Of a DNA stretch of 64,000 nucleotides, positions 26,641-36,768 are shown one piece after another. A program made the translations under genes and the position numbers. The stretch is from Alphaproteobacteria bacterium (GTDB lineage: Bacteria; Pseudomonadota; Alphaproteobacteria; Acetobacterales; Acetobacteraceae). Within the stretch, counting starts at the first letter, position 1. Every line of letters begins with the position of its first letter. The stretch spans positions 8,998 through 72,997 of the forward strand of contig VGDL01000003.1 of assembly GCA_016869735.1 (NCBI GenBank), given 5' to 3'. Below the pieces are notes generated by a model, which saw only the letters and a program-made list of their open reading frames with translations, searched no databases and was not told the DNA's origin.

Positions 26641-28178
26641 TTCCCGGGGACCAACAAGCCGCTGACCATGACGACGCAATAACGCCAGAAATCGAACCAT
26701 CGCTCGATCTTGAATTTACCTTGCCAGCCGCGGAATTGGGCCAGCTTGCCCGTTTTCCGATCTTGATAGCGCTGCGCCAGGGGCGCATCAGCACCAGCGC
26801 CGAGGAACTCCGCTGGCTGGATACGCCAGGCGGTGCGCTTGCGGCCAATGGCACCTTGCTTGAGGCACCAAAGCGCGGGCCAAGGCGGCTGATGGCCCTT
26901 AATGCGGCTGACGAAGCGCCCTGGCATCCAGGCCAAGTCCTGCCGCCCTTGGCACTGCTTGCGCCCGATGAAATGCCAGAGGCAGCCGGGGGCCAAAGCC
27001 TGCTGCCGTTGGCTGCCTTCATTGGCAAAAGACGCAAACAGCGCCTGTTTATTGGTGACGCGGTGGTCACCTTGAGCGTGCTTGAAGGGCATCTGCGCGC
27101 CGTGGCGGCCGAACGCGACGTGGCGCGGGTTTTCCTGTCCGGTCCGACGCCCGCCGTGTTGGACCTGGCCCGGCGCCTTGCGGCGGCGCTGCGCTTGCTG
27201 CCGCCCACCCAAAGCCTGGGCGCTGAGGCGCTCAGGCTGGCGAGCGGGCAGCTGCCCATGCCCCGCCGTCGCGGTGCGCCAGATACGTCTGAGGCGATGA
27301 GCGCCGAGGCCTGCTTCACCATGTCCATCGGGCATTTGCTGGAAGTGGCGCTGTATTATGCGCCGGTGGCGCGGGCCGGGCTTGATCATGAAGGCGTGCA
27401 TCAACTGCGCGTTGCGATGCGCCGCTTGCGTTCGGTGCTGCGCGTATTCCGCCCGATCACGGGCTGCCCGCAAAGCCGCGCTTTGGATGCGGCACTCAGG
27501 GGGATGCTGGGGCTTTTGGGGCCGGCGCGGGATTGGGACGTGTTTCTGGCCGGAATCGGGGCCGATATGGCCGGGTTGCTGCCCAATGACCGCCGCCTGC
27601 GATCCCTGCTGCGCGCGGCGGAAACCGAACGACAGGCAGCCTATCAGGCGCTTGGTGAAGCGCTTGATGGCCCGGGCTGGCGGGGCATGTTGCTTTCGGG
27701 CATCGCGTTTCTGCTCGAACGGCCCTGGCGGGCGGGGGCCGATGCCGCAAGGCTGGACCGGCTGGCGGCATCACCCCGGGAATTCGCGGAATTGATGCTT
27801 GAAAAGCGCTGGCGCAAGCTCGGCGCCGCTGGGGCGGAAATTGCCACCCTGCCGACTGAGGCGCTGCATGAGCTTCGGCTTGACGCCAAGCGCCTGCGCT
27901 ATGCGGCGGAGGTATTCGCGCCGGTATTCCCACAGAAGGCGGCGCGGCGCTTTCAGCGCCGTTTGGCGGCGCTGCAAGAAGAATTGGGCCGCAGCAATGA
28001 TGCGGCTGTGGCGCGCAGCCTGATACAAGTGCTGGAACGCGAAAAAGATACCGGCCGCGCCTGGGCGATTGGCGCAGTGGAAGGCTATTGCCTGGTGCGG
28101 TCCATCATGGACCGGGAAATGATTTTGGCGGCTTGGGAAAAACTGGACGATAAAGAGTCTTTCTGGTCAGGAGATTAG
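26637..28178 (+). CDS. CYTH and CHAD domain-containing protein
   Basis: The C-terminal half has CHAD helices (HQLRVAMRRLRSVLRVF, LHELRLDAKRLRYAAEVF); the N-terminal roughly 200 aa is CYTH-like. ATGA overlap with the sixA-like gene. Confidence 0.85.
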   Translation: MIPGDQQAADHDDAITPEIEPSLDLEFTLPAAELGQLARFPILIALRQGRISTSAEELRWLDTPGGALAANGTLLEAPKRGPRRLMALNAADEAPWHPGQVLPPLALLAPDEMPEAAGGQSLLPLAAFIGKRRKQRLFIGDAVVTLSVLEGHLRAVAAERDVARVFLSGPTPAVLDLARRLAAALRLLPPTQSLGAEALRLASGQLPMPRRRGAPDTSEAMSAEACFTMSIGHLLEVALYYAPVARAGLDHEGVHQLRVAMRRLRSVLRVFRPITGCPQSRALDAALRGMLGLLGPARDWDVFLAGIGADMAGLLPNDRRLRSLLRAAETERQAAYQALGEALDGPGWRGMLLSGIAFLLERPWRAGADAARLDRLAASPREFAELMLEKRWRKLGAAGAEIATLPTEALHELRLDAKRLRYAAEVFAPVFPQKAARRFQRRLAALQEELGRSNDAAVARSLIQVLEREKDTGRAWAIGAVEGYCLVRSIMDREMILAAWEKLDDKESFWSGD

Positions 28179-28270
28179 GGAGCTGTCTTCGCGTTTCGCT
28201 CGATACTGCCTCATTTATTTTACACTTTTCCCGGTTGTCGCGCGGCGCAAAAATCATTAATCAACTTTCC

Positions 28271-28822
28271 ATGCGTGAACCAAGGCGTATCTTCAAAGGA
28301 CGTCAACTAAGTCCCCGCTTCGGCGGTTCGGGGCTGGGAGTTGCTTGCGCGGTTTTGGCCGCACTTTTCCTGGGCTTTGGATTGCCTTCCAATCTTTTTG
28401 GCTCTGCGCCCGCGGATCGGTTCGTGACGGCTGAGGCCGCGCACATCCGCGTTTTTGATGGTGAAACGCTTGGCCTTGGGGATCGGATCATCCGGCTTTC
28501 CGGCATTGCGGCGCCTGTCCGCGGTGAGGCCTGTGGCAGTGATCCCGCGCGCGGAGATTGCGGCGCGGCGGCGGCCGCAAGGCTTGCGGCGCTGCTGCAT
28601 GGCCAGGATGTGACCTGCCGGATTGAAGGCCATGATGGCTTCAGCCGCGGCCTTGGCCGCTGCATCGCCGGCGGGCGGGATGTGAATGCGGCCATGGTGG
28701 AGCAGGGATTTGCGCTAGCTTCCGGTTCCGTGTTGCGCCCTTTGGAAGTGGCGGCGCGGGATGGCCGCCAGGGGCTTTGGGCCGATGCCAGCCTGATGCC
28801 GGCCGAGTGGCGCCGGCGTTAG
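28271..28822 (+). CDS. Thermonuclease (SNase)-like protein with N-terminal membrane anchor
   Basis: Hydrophobic segment GLGVACAVLAALFLGFGL; SNase-like IRLSGIAAP...MVEQGFALA...GLWA. Start uncertain (TTG 28235 or ATG 28271). Confidence 0.6.
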   Translation: MREPRRIFKGRQLSPRFGGSGLGVACAVLAALFLGFGLPSNLFGSAPADRFVTAEAAHIRVFDGETLGLGDRIIRLSGIAAPVRGEACGSDPARGDCGAAAAARLAALLHGQDVTCRIEGHDGFSRGLGRCIAGGRDVNAAMVEQGFALASGSVLRPLEVAARDGRQGLWADASLMPAEWRRR

Positions 28823-29025
28823 ACTTCGGCGGTGCCTCCGCTTTGGTGCGGATTCCAGCATTTTGGCCCCTTCCTTCAAGCCCGATTCACGCTTTGCCTT
28901 TAGGCTTGCACGCAGCTTCAGTGCCAGGGTTTGCCAAGCTGACCTGTCCGCCCTTATCCTGCACCGCACCATGATTAAGCGCCCCCGCATCTGACGGTGG
29001 CGCATTGTTTTTGAGGAAGACGAGC

Positions 29026-30333
29026 ATGACCACGACGCCCCAGGGGTCCATTACCATCACGGTAGATGGCACAAACAAAAGCACTAAGTTGCCGCTCTTG
29101 GGCGGCACGCTGGGCCCGCAGGTTGCGGATATCCGCAAGCTTTATGGTGATCTTGGCATTTTCACCTTTGACCCTGGCTATGGCGCGACCGCTTCCTGCG
29201 AAAGCACCATCACTTATATTGACGGCGATGCGGGCGTTTTGCTCTATCGCGGCTATCCCATTGAGCAATTGGCCGAAAAATCGAGCTTCCTGGAAATTTC
29301 CTATCTGCTGCTGAATGGCGATCTGCCCAATGCCGCGCAGTATGAGGAATTCCGCAAGGGTGTGACCTATCACACCATGCTACATGAACAGCTGCGCCGC
29401 TTCTTCGACGGCTTCCGCCGCGATGCGCACCCGATGGCGATCATGTGCGGTGTGGTTGGCGCGCTGGCGGCCTTCTATCACGACAATCTGGACATCAATG
29501 ACGCGCGGCAGCGTGAAATCGCGGCCTTCCGCCTGATTGCGAAAGTGCCGACCATTGCGGCCTGGGCCTATAAATATTCCATCGGCCAGCCATTCATGTA
29601 TCCGCGCAATGATCTGAGCTATGCGGAAAACTTCCTGTATATGCTGAACGCCGTGCCGGCTGAGCCTTGGGTGAATAACCCAATCCTGGCGCGCGCCATG
29701 GACCGCATCATGATCCTGCATGCGGATCACGAACAGAATGCCTCCACCAGCACCGTGCGTCTGGCCGGTTCAACCGGGGCCAATCCCTTTGCCTGTATTG
29801 CAGCCGGCATCGCCGCCCTTTGGGGCCCGGCGCATGGTGGCGCCAATGAAGCCGTGCTGAAGATGCTGGCGGAGATTGGGCATCCCAAAAATATTCCTGC
29901 CTTCATCAGCGAAGTGAAGGACAAGAACAGCCATACCAAGCTGATGGGCTTCGGCCACCGGGTCTATAAGAATTTTGACCCGCGCGCCAAGATCATGAAG
30001 GAAACCTGCCACGAAGTGCTGGCGGAACTCGGCATCAAGGATGAACCGCTGTTGGATATGGCGATGGAAATGGAACGCATCGCGCTTTCCGATGATTACT
30101 TCGTCAGCCGCAAGCTTTACCCGAATGTGGATTTCTATTCGGGCATCATCCTGAAGGCGATGGGCATTCCGACCCACATGTTCACCGTATTGTTTGCCGT
30201 GGCGCGCACGGTGGGCTGGGTGAGCCAGTGGAAGGAATTGATCGAAGACCCAAGCCAGCGCATTGGTCGCCCGCGTCAGGTCTATAGCGGTGCGGCGGAA
30301 CGGCCTTTTGTGCCGATGGCGCTCAGGCCCTGA
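29026..30333 (+). CDS. gltA: Citrate synthase (type II)
   Basis: [39 protein letters not shown]; GAGGAAG SD before ATG 29026. Confidence 0.95.
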   Translation: MTTTPQGSITITVDGTNKSTKLPLLGGTLGPQVADIRKLYGDLGIFTFDPGYGATASCESTITYIDGDAGVLLYRGYPIEQLAEKSSFLEISYLLLNGDLPNAAQYEEFRKGVTYHTMLHEQLRRFFDGFRRDAHPMAIMCGVVGALAAFYHDNLDINDARQREIAAFRLIAKVPTIAAWAYKYSIGQPFMYPRNDLSYAENFLYMLNAVPAEPWVNNPILARAMDRIMILHADHEQNASTSTVRLAGSTGANPFACIAAGIAALWGPAHGGANEAVLKMLAEIGHPKNIPAFISEVKDKNSHTKLMGFGHRVYKNFDPRAKIMKETCHEVLAELGIKDEPLLDMAMEMERIALSDDYFVSRKLYPNVDFYSGIILKAMGIPTHMFTVLFAVARTVGWVSQWKELIEDPSQRIGRPRQVYSGAAERPFVPMALRP

Positions 30334-30343
30334 TCGGCGGCTT

Positions 30344-30376
30344 GCCCCCTCTGGTTGACGACCAAGGGGGGCTTTA
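30344..30376 (+). terminator. Hairpin after gltA (candidate terminator)
   Basis: GCCCCCTCTGGT-tgacg-ACCAAGGGGGGC (11 of 12 positions paired) followed by TTTA. Confidence 0.5.
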
Positions 30377-30555
30377 ACCCTGTGGCAGTACAAAACAGGC
30401 CAATTTTTTAAGGCGTTCCATGCAATTATGCGTGTATGGACGCCGCCGACACGATCAACCAGAAGCCGAAAATTCGGCTAAAATTGACGCTGCCGACAAA
30501 GCCTTCGGGGGCGCCGTTAACCTTTCATTCATCTTTAGGGCCTAAGGTTTCAGGC

Positions 30556-30762
30556 ATGCTCAGCTTGAATTCCATCGCGGCCTTCTCCCAGGAAATCGCG
30601 GCAAATGCCGGGATCATCCAAGCGCGTTCCCCGGTGCAGCCGGTGGATGCCCTGGGCAGCAAGCGTCAGGGGCAGCCCTCACCGCAGCGTTCGCTGGAAG
30701 CTGTGCCGCCCGCGCCGACCACGCCGATGCCGCGCGGTTCCTTGCTCGACCTCAGGGTCTGA
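30556..30762 (+). CDS. Hypothetical small protein (68 aa)
   Basis: ATG 30556 is 9 nt after AAGG. Pro/Ser/Gln-rich with C-terminal PRGSLLDLRV. The upstream part of ORF 30436 is AT-richer and contains a palindrome, so it is treated as non-coding. Confidence 0.3.
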   Translation: MLSLNSIAAFSQEIAANAGIIQARSPVQPVDALGSKRQGQPSPQRSLEAVPPAPTTPMPRGSLLDLRV

Positions 30763-30798
30763 CGGCGTTTTCCCGAAATTGGTCGTTTTGGCACGGCG

Positions 30799-31443
30799 CT
30801 ATTTGCCGTTGAGCGCTGTTATCACGCCCGCCATGGCGGCCTGAAACATCTCCGGCGTTAGCCGCCGCGTTGAGGTGTTGTAGCGGCTCACATGATAGGA
30901 ATCGGCCAGGATCAGCCCATCCGGGAGGTGATGCTGCGCGCCATGGCCGAACGCAAAGCGCGTCGCCGGAATGCCCTTGGCGCGAAGCAATGCGTTATGC
31001 GCCACCACCCCCAAAGCTAGCACCACGCGCAGGCGGGGCATGGCGGCAAGCTCGGCCTTCAGAAAATCATTGCAGGCGCGGATTTCGATAGGCAGCGGCA
31101 GGTTTTCGGGCGGCACGCAGCGCACCGCATTGGCGATCCGGCAGCCCGTAAGTTCCATGCCATCCATGGGGTCTTCACGATAGGCGCCGCGCGCAAGCCC
31201 GTTTTCCAGCAGCGTCGCGTAAAGCAGTTTCCCGGCGAAATCCCCGGTGAAGGGCCGCCCGGTGCGATTGGCGCCGCGCACGCCGGGTGCCAGGCCCAGC
31301 ACCAGAAGCGGCGCCTCACGCGGGCCCCAGGACGGCACGGGCGCGTTATGCCAGCCAGGCTCCTTCGCCCGATTGGCGGCGCGATATTCGGCAAGCCTTG
31401 GGCAGAGCGCGCAATCGCGCCCCGGTGCCGTCGTTTCGCTCAT
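30799..31443 (-). CDS. Uracil-DNA glycosylase, family 4/5 type (Fe-S)
   Basis: CALCPRL, GLAPGVRGANRTGRPFTGD, HVSRYNT motifs. Confidence 0.85.
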   Translation of the reverse strand: MSETTAPGRDCALCPRLAEYRAANRAKEPGWHNAPVPSWGPREAPLLVLGLAPGVRGANRTGRPFTGDFAGKLLYATLLENGLARGAYREDPMDGMELTGCRIANAVRCVPPENLPLPIEIRACNDFLKAELAAMPRLRVVLALGVVAHNALLRAKGIPATRFAFGHGAQHHLPDGLILADSYHVSRYNTSTRRLTPEMFQAAMAGVITALNGK

Positions 31444-32105
31444 TCAGCTTCGATATCCGGGGCCTCTCCATAGGGGTCAGCCGGGGTTGCGCGGCTTGGC
31501 CTTGCCGCGGCGGCGGCGGGCGGAGCGGCGGGGCGGGGGGCGCGGGCTTCCGGCGGTGGGCGGCGGGCGATCTCAGGCCCGATATCGGCCAATTCCAGAA
31601 AGCCATCGACCTGGCGGCGCAATTCATCGGCGATCATGGGCGGCTGGCTTTCCATGGTGGACACCACCGTCACCTTCACGCCCTGGCGCTGCACAGCCTC
31701 CACCACGCGGCGGAAATCGCCATCGCCGGAAACCAGCACCGCGTGGTCCAGATGCGGCGCCAATTCCATCATATCCACAGCCAATTCGATATCCATATTG
31801 CCCTTGATGCGGCGCCGCCCGGTCGGGTCTGCCTGTTCCTTGGCGGGCTTCGTCACCACGCGCCACCCATTATAGGCTAGCCAATCGGTCAGCGGGCGCA
31901 GCGGCGAGTAATCCTCGGTCTCGATCAGGGCGGTGTAGTAGCAGGCGCGCACCAGATAGGTGGACCCGCCGAAAAACCGCAGCATGGCGGCGAAATCCAC
32001 CTCGAACCCCAGGGCCCTTGTGGCGTAATAGAGATTGGCCCCATCAACGAAAAGACCAACACGTTCCAGGCCAGCCTGGCGCCGAGCAACATGAGCAGAC
32101 ATCAA
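31440..32105 (-). CDS. NYN (LabA/DUF88-like) domain protein with Pro/Ala-rich tail
   Basis: LFVDGANLYYATRALGFEVDF, KGNMDIELAVDMM, VLVSGDGDFRRVVEAVQRQGVKVTVVS. ATGA overlap with the UDG start. Confidence 0.85.
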   Translation of the reverse strand: MMSAHVARRQAGLERVGLFVDGANLYYATRALGFEVDFAAMLRFFGGSTYLVRACYYTALIETEDYSPLRPLTDWLAYNGWRVVTKPAKEQADPTGRRRIKGNMDIELAVDMMELAPHLDHAVLVSGDGDFRRVVEAVQRQGVKVTVVSTMESQPPMIADELRRQVDGFLELADIGPEIARRPPPEARAPRPAAPPAAAAARPSRATPADPYGEAPDIEAE

Positions 32106-32188
32106 ATGATCCTTATTGGTTTGAAGAGTGGTTTGAAACCAGCGTTCAAATACGGACAGTTTTGTTACACCAGACTTCCAGCGCTGTC

Positions 32189-32695
32189 ATGCCCAGCATC
32201 CTGATCGCCATTGGCGCCAATCTGCCGGCGGGCGATGGCGCGCCACCCTTGGCAAGCTGCAAGGCGGCTTTGGCCGCGTTGGCCGCCCTGCCGGGGCTTC
32301 GCTTGGTCGCGGCATCCCGCTGGTGGGAAAGCGCGCCCATTCCGCCCAGCCCGGCCTCTCCCCGCTATATGAACGGGGTTGCCCTAATGGAAGGCGCGGC
32401 GGATCCGGCGGGGTTGCTGGCTGCGCTGCAAGCCATTGAAAACGCTGCCGGGCGCACCCGGCCCTATCCCAATGCCCCGCGCATCTTGGACCTTGATATC
32501 ATTGATATGGATGGGCTGATGCGCGATGCGCCGGACCCGGTGCTGCCCCATCCACGCGCCCATTTGCGTGGCTTTGTTTTGCATCCCTTGGCCGAGGTGG
32601 CGCCAGGCTGGGTGCATCCGCGCCTGAAGCAGCCGATTGCGGCTTTGATTGCCGCCCTGCCGACGCAGGATTTGCGCCCCCTCACCGACGCGTGA
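32189..32695 (+). CDS. folK: 2-amino-4-hydroxy-6-hydroxymethyldihydropteridine diphosphokinase
   Basis: ILIAIGANL, RPYPNAPRILDLDII, LPHPRAHLRGFVLHPLAEV. Confidence 0.9.
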   Translation: MPSILIAIGANLPAGDGAPPLASCKAALAALAALPGLRLVAASRWWESAPIPPSPASPRYMNGVALMEGAADPAGLLAALQAIENAAGRTRPYPNAPRILDLDIIDMDGLMRDAPDPVLPHPRAHLRGFVLHPLAEVAPGWVHPRLKQPIAALIAALPTQDLRPLTDA

Positions 32696-32716
32696 CGCCC
32701 CAGGCGCTTGAAATCC

Positions 32717-32744
32717 TTGCAAAGCGGCGCCGGGGCGACTATTT
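32717..32744 (+). promoter_or_regulatory. Candidate sigma-70 promoter for rpoZ-spoT
   Basis: TTGCAA-N16-CTATTT, about 70 nt upstream of the rpoZ ATG. Sequence resemblance only. Confidence 0.3.
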
Positions 32745-32812
32745 GACCCAAAGAACCGGTCCAGCCGGGCGCCCGGCCACCGCCGCGCGCCCCTTTTGTC
32801 TTTGGAGCCCTC

Positions 32813-33205
32813 ATGGCGCGCGTCACCGTTGAAGATTGCATCGAAAAGATTCCGAACCGCTTTGAACTCGTGCTGATGGCAGCGCAACGGGCGCGCAATA
32901 TCAGCCGGGGCGAGCAGATCACGATTGATCGTGACAATGACAAGAACCCGGTCGTGGCGCTGCGCGAAATCGCCGAAGGAAAGGCTGATCTTCCCGCGCT
33001 GGAAGCTGACCTGATCAAATCCTTGCAGCGTGCGCCGGAACCGGAGCCTGCCGAGGAAGAAGTGATTGACCTGATCGCGACCGATGAGAACATCTTCGGG
33101 ATCATGGATGTGCAGGAAGAAGCCCTTCCTGAAGCCGGCCCCGAAGACATGGCGCCCGATGATCTGGAAGCCGCCATCGCCGCCGAACTTGGCGGCAAAC
33201 GATAG
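32813..33205 (+). CDS. rpoZ: DNA-directed RNA polymerase subunit omega
   Basis: [28 protein letters not shown]. Confidence 0.95.
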   Translation: MARVTVEDCIEKIPNRFELVLMAAQRARNISRGEQITIDRDNDKNPVVALREIAEGKADLPALEADLIKSLQRAPEPEPAEEEVIDLIATDENIFGIMDVQEEALPEAGPEDMAPDDLEAAIAAELGGKR

Positions 33206-33213
33206 GAAGGCCG

Positions 33214-35493
33214 ATGGGGCGAAGCGTCAGCACCTGCTTCCCCCCGGATTTTCCCCGCGCGCCTGAAGGTCTGGCCGCGGGGCGCGCCCTTTCGCCCGGC
33301 GCTGAACTTGCTTCCCATGTTCTTGCCTATGATCCGCGCGCCGATGGGGCGCTGATTACCTCGGCCTATGACATGGCGGCCGAAGCCCATGCGCCGCAAA
33401 AGCGCGATGATGGGCAGCCCTATATCGTGCATCCTTTGGCGGTGGCAGAAATCCTGGCGGGGTATCGGCTGGATACCGGGTCCATCATCACCGCGCTTTT
33501 GCATGACACGGTTGAGGATACGCCGCTCAAGCTTGGTGATATTGAAGGCCGCTTCGGCAAGGAAGTCGCGCGGCTTGTAGATGGCGTCACCAAGCTGACA
33601 CGGCTTGAACTGCAATCCGAACGCACCAAACAGGCAGAGAATTTCCGCAAACTTGTGCTGGCGATGAGCGAGGATATCCGCGTGCTGCTCATCAAGCTCG
33701 CGGATCGGCTGCATAATATGCGCACCATTTCGGGGATGCCGCAGCCGGAACGCCGCCGCAAACAGGCGCGCGAAACCTTGGAAATTTATGCGCCGCTCGC
33801 TGAACGCATCGGCATGGATGCGCTGAAGACCGAATTGGAAACCCTTTCCTTCCGCGAAATGAATGCGGAAGCCTGGCAGACCATTGCCGCGCGGCTGACC
33901 TATCTGCGTGGTCAGGGTGCCGATTTGATTGCGGAGATTGAGACGGATTTGCGCCGTGTGCTTGCTGATGCTGGCGTCACGGTGGTGGATATTCAGGGGC
34001 GGGAGAAATCGCCCTATTCCATCTGGCTCAAGATGCAGAAGAAGAATGTTGCGTTTGAGCAATTATCCGACATCATGGCCTTTCGCATCATCGTGCCGGA
34101 AAAGGGTGATTGCTACGCGGCCTTGGGTGCCATTCATTCCGCCTATCGCGTGGTGCCGGGGCGCTTCAAGGATTGGATGTCAACGCCCAAGACCAATGGC
34201 TATCAAAGCCTGCATACCGGCGTGACGGTGCCGGCGCGGCGCAATGCCAAGATCGAAGTGCAAATCCGCACCAAGGAAATGCATAACATTGCGGAAAATG
34301 GCGTCGCCGCGCATTGGAGCTACAAGCAAGGGCCCGGATCATCACGGGATCAGAAGCGCTATCCTTGGGTGCGCGATCTGCTCGAAATTCTGGAAAATGC
34401 TGCGGAGCCGCAGGAATTTCTGGAACATACCAAGCTTGAACTGCATCGCGACCGCGTGTTCTGCTTCACGCCCAAGGGTGATCTGATCGAATTGCCGCGC
34501 GGCGCCACGCCCGTTGACTTTGCCTATGAGGTGCATAGCCAGGTTGGCGATACCACGGTTGGCGCCAAGGTGAATGGCAAGATCGTGCCGCTCCGCCATG
34601 TGCTGGAAAATGGCGATCAGGTGGAGATTATCACCGCGCGCGGTGGCACGCCCAATCCGGGGTGGGAGCGTTTTGTTGTCACCGGCAAGGCGCGCGCGCG
34701 CATTCGCCGGGTCAATCACGCGCGGCAGCGTTCTGAGCAGCGCGAAGAAGGCCGCAGCGCCATTGCCAAGGCGTTTCGTGCTGCGGGGCTCGATTTTTCC
34801 GAAAAACTTGCCGAACCGGCGTTGAAGCCGCTGAAGCAGGCGGATTTTGAAGCGATGTGCATTGCAGTCGCCAGCGGCAACCTTTCGCCGCGCGATGTGC
34901 TGCATGCCGCGGTGCCGGAATTGCGCGCCGCACCACGTGGGGCGGACCCGCTGCCGCTTGCGCGGCCACGCGGGCGGCTGGGTGCCGGGCCAACCCTAAT
35001 GCCAGGCAAGGCAGAACGCCAATCAGTGGCGAAGCGCGATGCGGCGCTTGGGGTGCGCGGCCTGGTCGCCGGCATGGCGGTCAGCTTCGCCGGCTGTTGC
35101 CACCCCCTGCCCGGGGATCGGATTCTGGGGATTGTCACCACCGGGCGCGGGGTCACGATCCATCGGCAGGATTGCCATGGCTTGCAGGCTTTTGCGGCAA
35201 CGCCAGAGCGCTTCATTGATGTGGATTGGGATTATGATGGCGTCACCAAGGGTACGCATGTCGCGCGGGTGGAGTTGGTCGCGGAAAACCGCCCGGATGC
35301 GCTGGCGGGGGTGACCACGGCCATCGCCCGTCAGGAAGGGGCGGTAAATAGCCTCCGCATCACCAACCGGGCCGAGGATTGGTGCGAAGTGCTGGTGGAT
35401 GTGGAAGTGCGCGATATTTCCCACCTGACCGCGGTGCTGGCAGCGCTCCGCGCCTGCCCCGGGATTACCCAGGTGGAACGCGGCAAGGGTTAG
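33214..35493 (+). CDS. spoT: Bifunctional (p)ppGpp synthetase/hydrolase (RSH)
   Basis: HD domain ([10 protein letters not shown]...LLHDTVEDT), synthetase ([21 protein letters not shown]), TGS ([24 protein letters not shown]), ACT-like C-terminus. Confidence 0.95.
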   Translation: MGRSVSTCFPPDFPRAPEGLAAGRALSPGAELASHVLAYDPRADGALITSAYDMAAEAHAPQKRDDGQPYIVHPLAVAEILAGYRLDTGSIITALLHDTVEDTPLKLGDIEGRFGKEVARLVDGVTKLTRLELQSERTKQAENFRKLVLAMSEDIRVLLIKLADRLHNMRTISGMPQPERRRKQARETLEIYAPLAERIGMDALKTELETLSFREMNAEAWQTIAARLTYLRGQGADLIAEIETDLRRVLADAGVTVVDIQGREKSPYSIWLKMQKKNVAFEQLSDIMAFRIIVPEKGDCYAALGAIHSAYRVVPGRFKDWMSTPKTNGYQSLHTGVTVPARRNAKIEVQIRTKEMHNIAENGVAAHWSYKQGPGSSRDQKRYPWVRDLLEILENAAEPQEFLEHTKLELHRDRVFCFTPKGDLIELPRGATPVDFAYEVHSQVGDTTVGAKVNGKIVPLRHVLENGDQVEIITARGGTPNPGWERFVVTGKARARIRRVNHARQRSEQREEGRSAIAKAFRAAGLDFSEKLAEPALKPLKQADFEAMCIAVASGNLSPRDVLHAAVPELRAAPRGADPLPLARPRGRLGAGPTLMPGKAERQSVAKRDAALGVRGLVAGMAVSFAGCCHPLPGDRILGIVTTGRGVTIHRQDCHGLQAFAATPERFIDVDWDYDGVTKGTHVARVELVAENRPDALAGVTTAIARQEGAVNSLRITNRAEDWCEVLVDVEVRDISHLTAVLAALRACPGITQVERGKG

Positions 35494-35501
35494 GGCAGCG
35501 C

Positions 35502-35909
35502 ATGATCATTGGCATCGGGTCGGATATTCTGGATATCCGGCGCATTGAACGCACCATTGAACGCCATGGGGAGCGTTTTCTGGAGCGCATCTTCACGGTG
35601 GCAGAGCGTGCCAAGGCGGAAAAGCGCACCGAACGCATCCGTGCTGCCACCTATGCCAAGCGCTTTGCCGCGAAGGAAGCCGCTTCCAAGGCGCTTGGCA
35701 CTGGGTTTCGCGCCGGCGTGTTTTGGCGCGATCTGGGGGTGGTGAATTTGCCATCGGGTCAGCCCACGCTGCGCCTAACCGGGGGGGCAGCAGAACGGCT
35801 GAAGGCCATTACGCCGGCGGGCCATGGCGCGGCGATTGCGCTCACCATGACCGATGAATTTCCCTATGCCCAGGCGATGGTGGTGATCACCGCCGTGCCG
35901 CTTCCTTGA
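35502..35909 (+). CDS. acpS: Holo-[acyl-carrier-protein] synthase
   Basis: [16 protein letters not shown]...[14 protein letters not shown]. Confidence 0.93.
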   Translation: MIIGIGSDILDIRRIERTIERHGERFLERIFTVAERAKAEKRTERIRAATYAKRFAAKEAASKALGTGFRAGVFWRDLGVVNLPSGQPTLRLTGGAAERLKAITPAGHGAAIALTMTDEFPYAQAMVVITAVPLP

Positions 35910-35999
35910 CAGGGCGCGCTACCCCGCTATGCCCTGCTCTGTCTTGGTGTTTCGCCGAGGTTTTGATGCCCCGATTGGGCGGATTTTGTTGGATGTGAC

Positions 36000-36752
36000 A
36001 TGGCCTTGCAAAGAACTGGCGGCTGGCTTGAAAGCGTAAAAACCATTGTTTATGCCGCCGCTATTGCGATTGGCATTCGCACGATTGCGTTTGAGCCGTT
36101 CAATATTCCTTCCGGGTCCATGATCCCTTCGTTGCAGGTCGGGGATTATCTTTTTGTGTCCAAATACTCCTATGGCTATTCACGACATTCCATGCCGTTC
36201 AGCCCCAATCTTTTCGAGGGGCGGATTTTGGCGTCCCCGCCCAAGCGCGGCGATGTTGCTGTCTTCAAGCTGCCACGCGATGGCAGCACGGATTACATCA
36301 AGCGTATTATCGGCCTGCCGGGTGATCGAGTGCAGATGCGCGCGGGCATTCTGTATTTGAATGGTGCGGCGGTGCGGCGCGAATTGCTTGGCCCCTATAC
36401 GGTGGAAGGCGATGGGCCGCGCATCACGGTCAGGCGCTTCCGCGAATTCCTGCCCGCGATTGATGGCGCGCCCGGTGTGGCGCATGACATCCTGGAAGCA
36501 TCCGATGATGCGCCCTTGGACAATACACCGGAATTTCGCGTCCCGCCCGGACATGTATTTGCCATGGGCGATAATCGCGACAATAGCCTTGATAGCCGCG
36601 CGATGAATGCAGTGGGCTTCATCCCGATTGAAAACCTGGTGGGCCGGGCGGAGATTATTTTCTTTTCGGTGGATGGGTCCACTCCCTTTTGGCAGGTATG
36701 GAACTGGCCCTTTGCCATTCGCTGGTCGCGGCTGTTCAGCACGGTCAAGTGA
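36000..36752 (+). CDS. lepB: Signal peptidase I
   Basis: FNIPSGSMIPSLQVGDYLFVSK (catalytic Ser), YIKRIIGLPGD (Lys box), GDNRDNSLDSR. Confidence 0.93.
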   Translation: MALQRTGGWLESVKTIVYAAAIAIGIRTIAFEPFNIPSGSMIPSLQVGDYLFVSKYSYGYSRHSMPFSPNLFEGRILASPPKRGDVAVFKLPRDGSTDYIKRIIGLPGDRVQMRAGILYLNGAAVRRELLGPYTVEGDGPRITVRRFREFLPAIDGAPGVAHDILEASDDAPLDNTPEFRVPPGHVFAMGDNRDNSLDSRAMNAVGFIPIENLVGRAEIIFFSVDGSTPFWQVWNWPFAIRWSRLFSTVK

Positions 36753-36768
36753 TGCGTCTAGACAAAGC

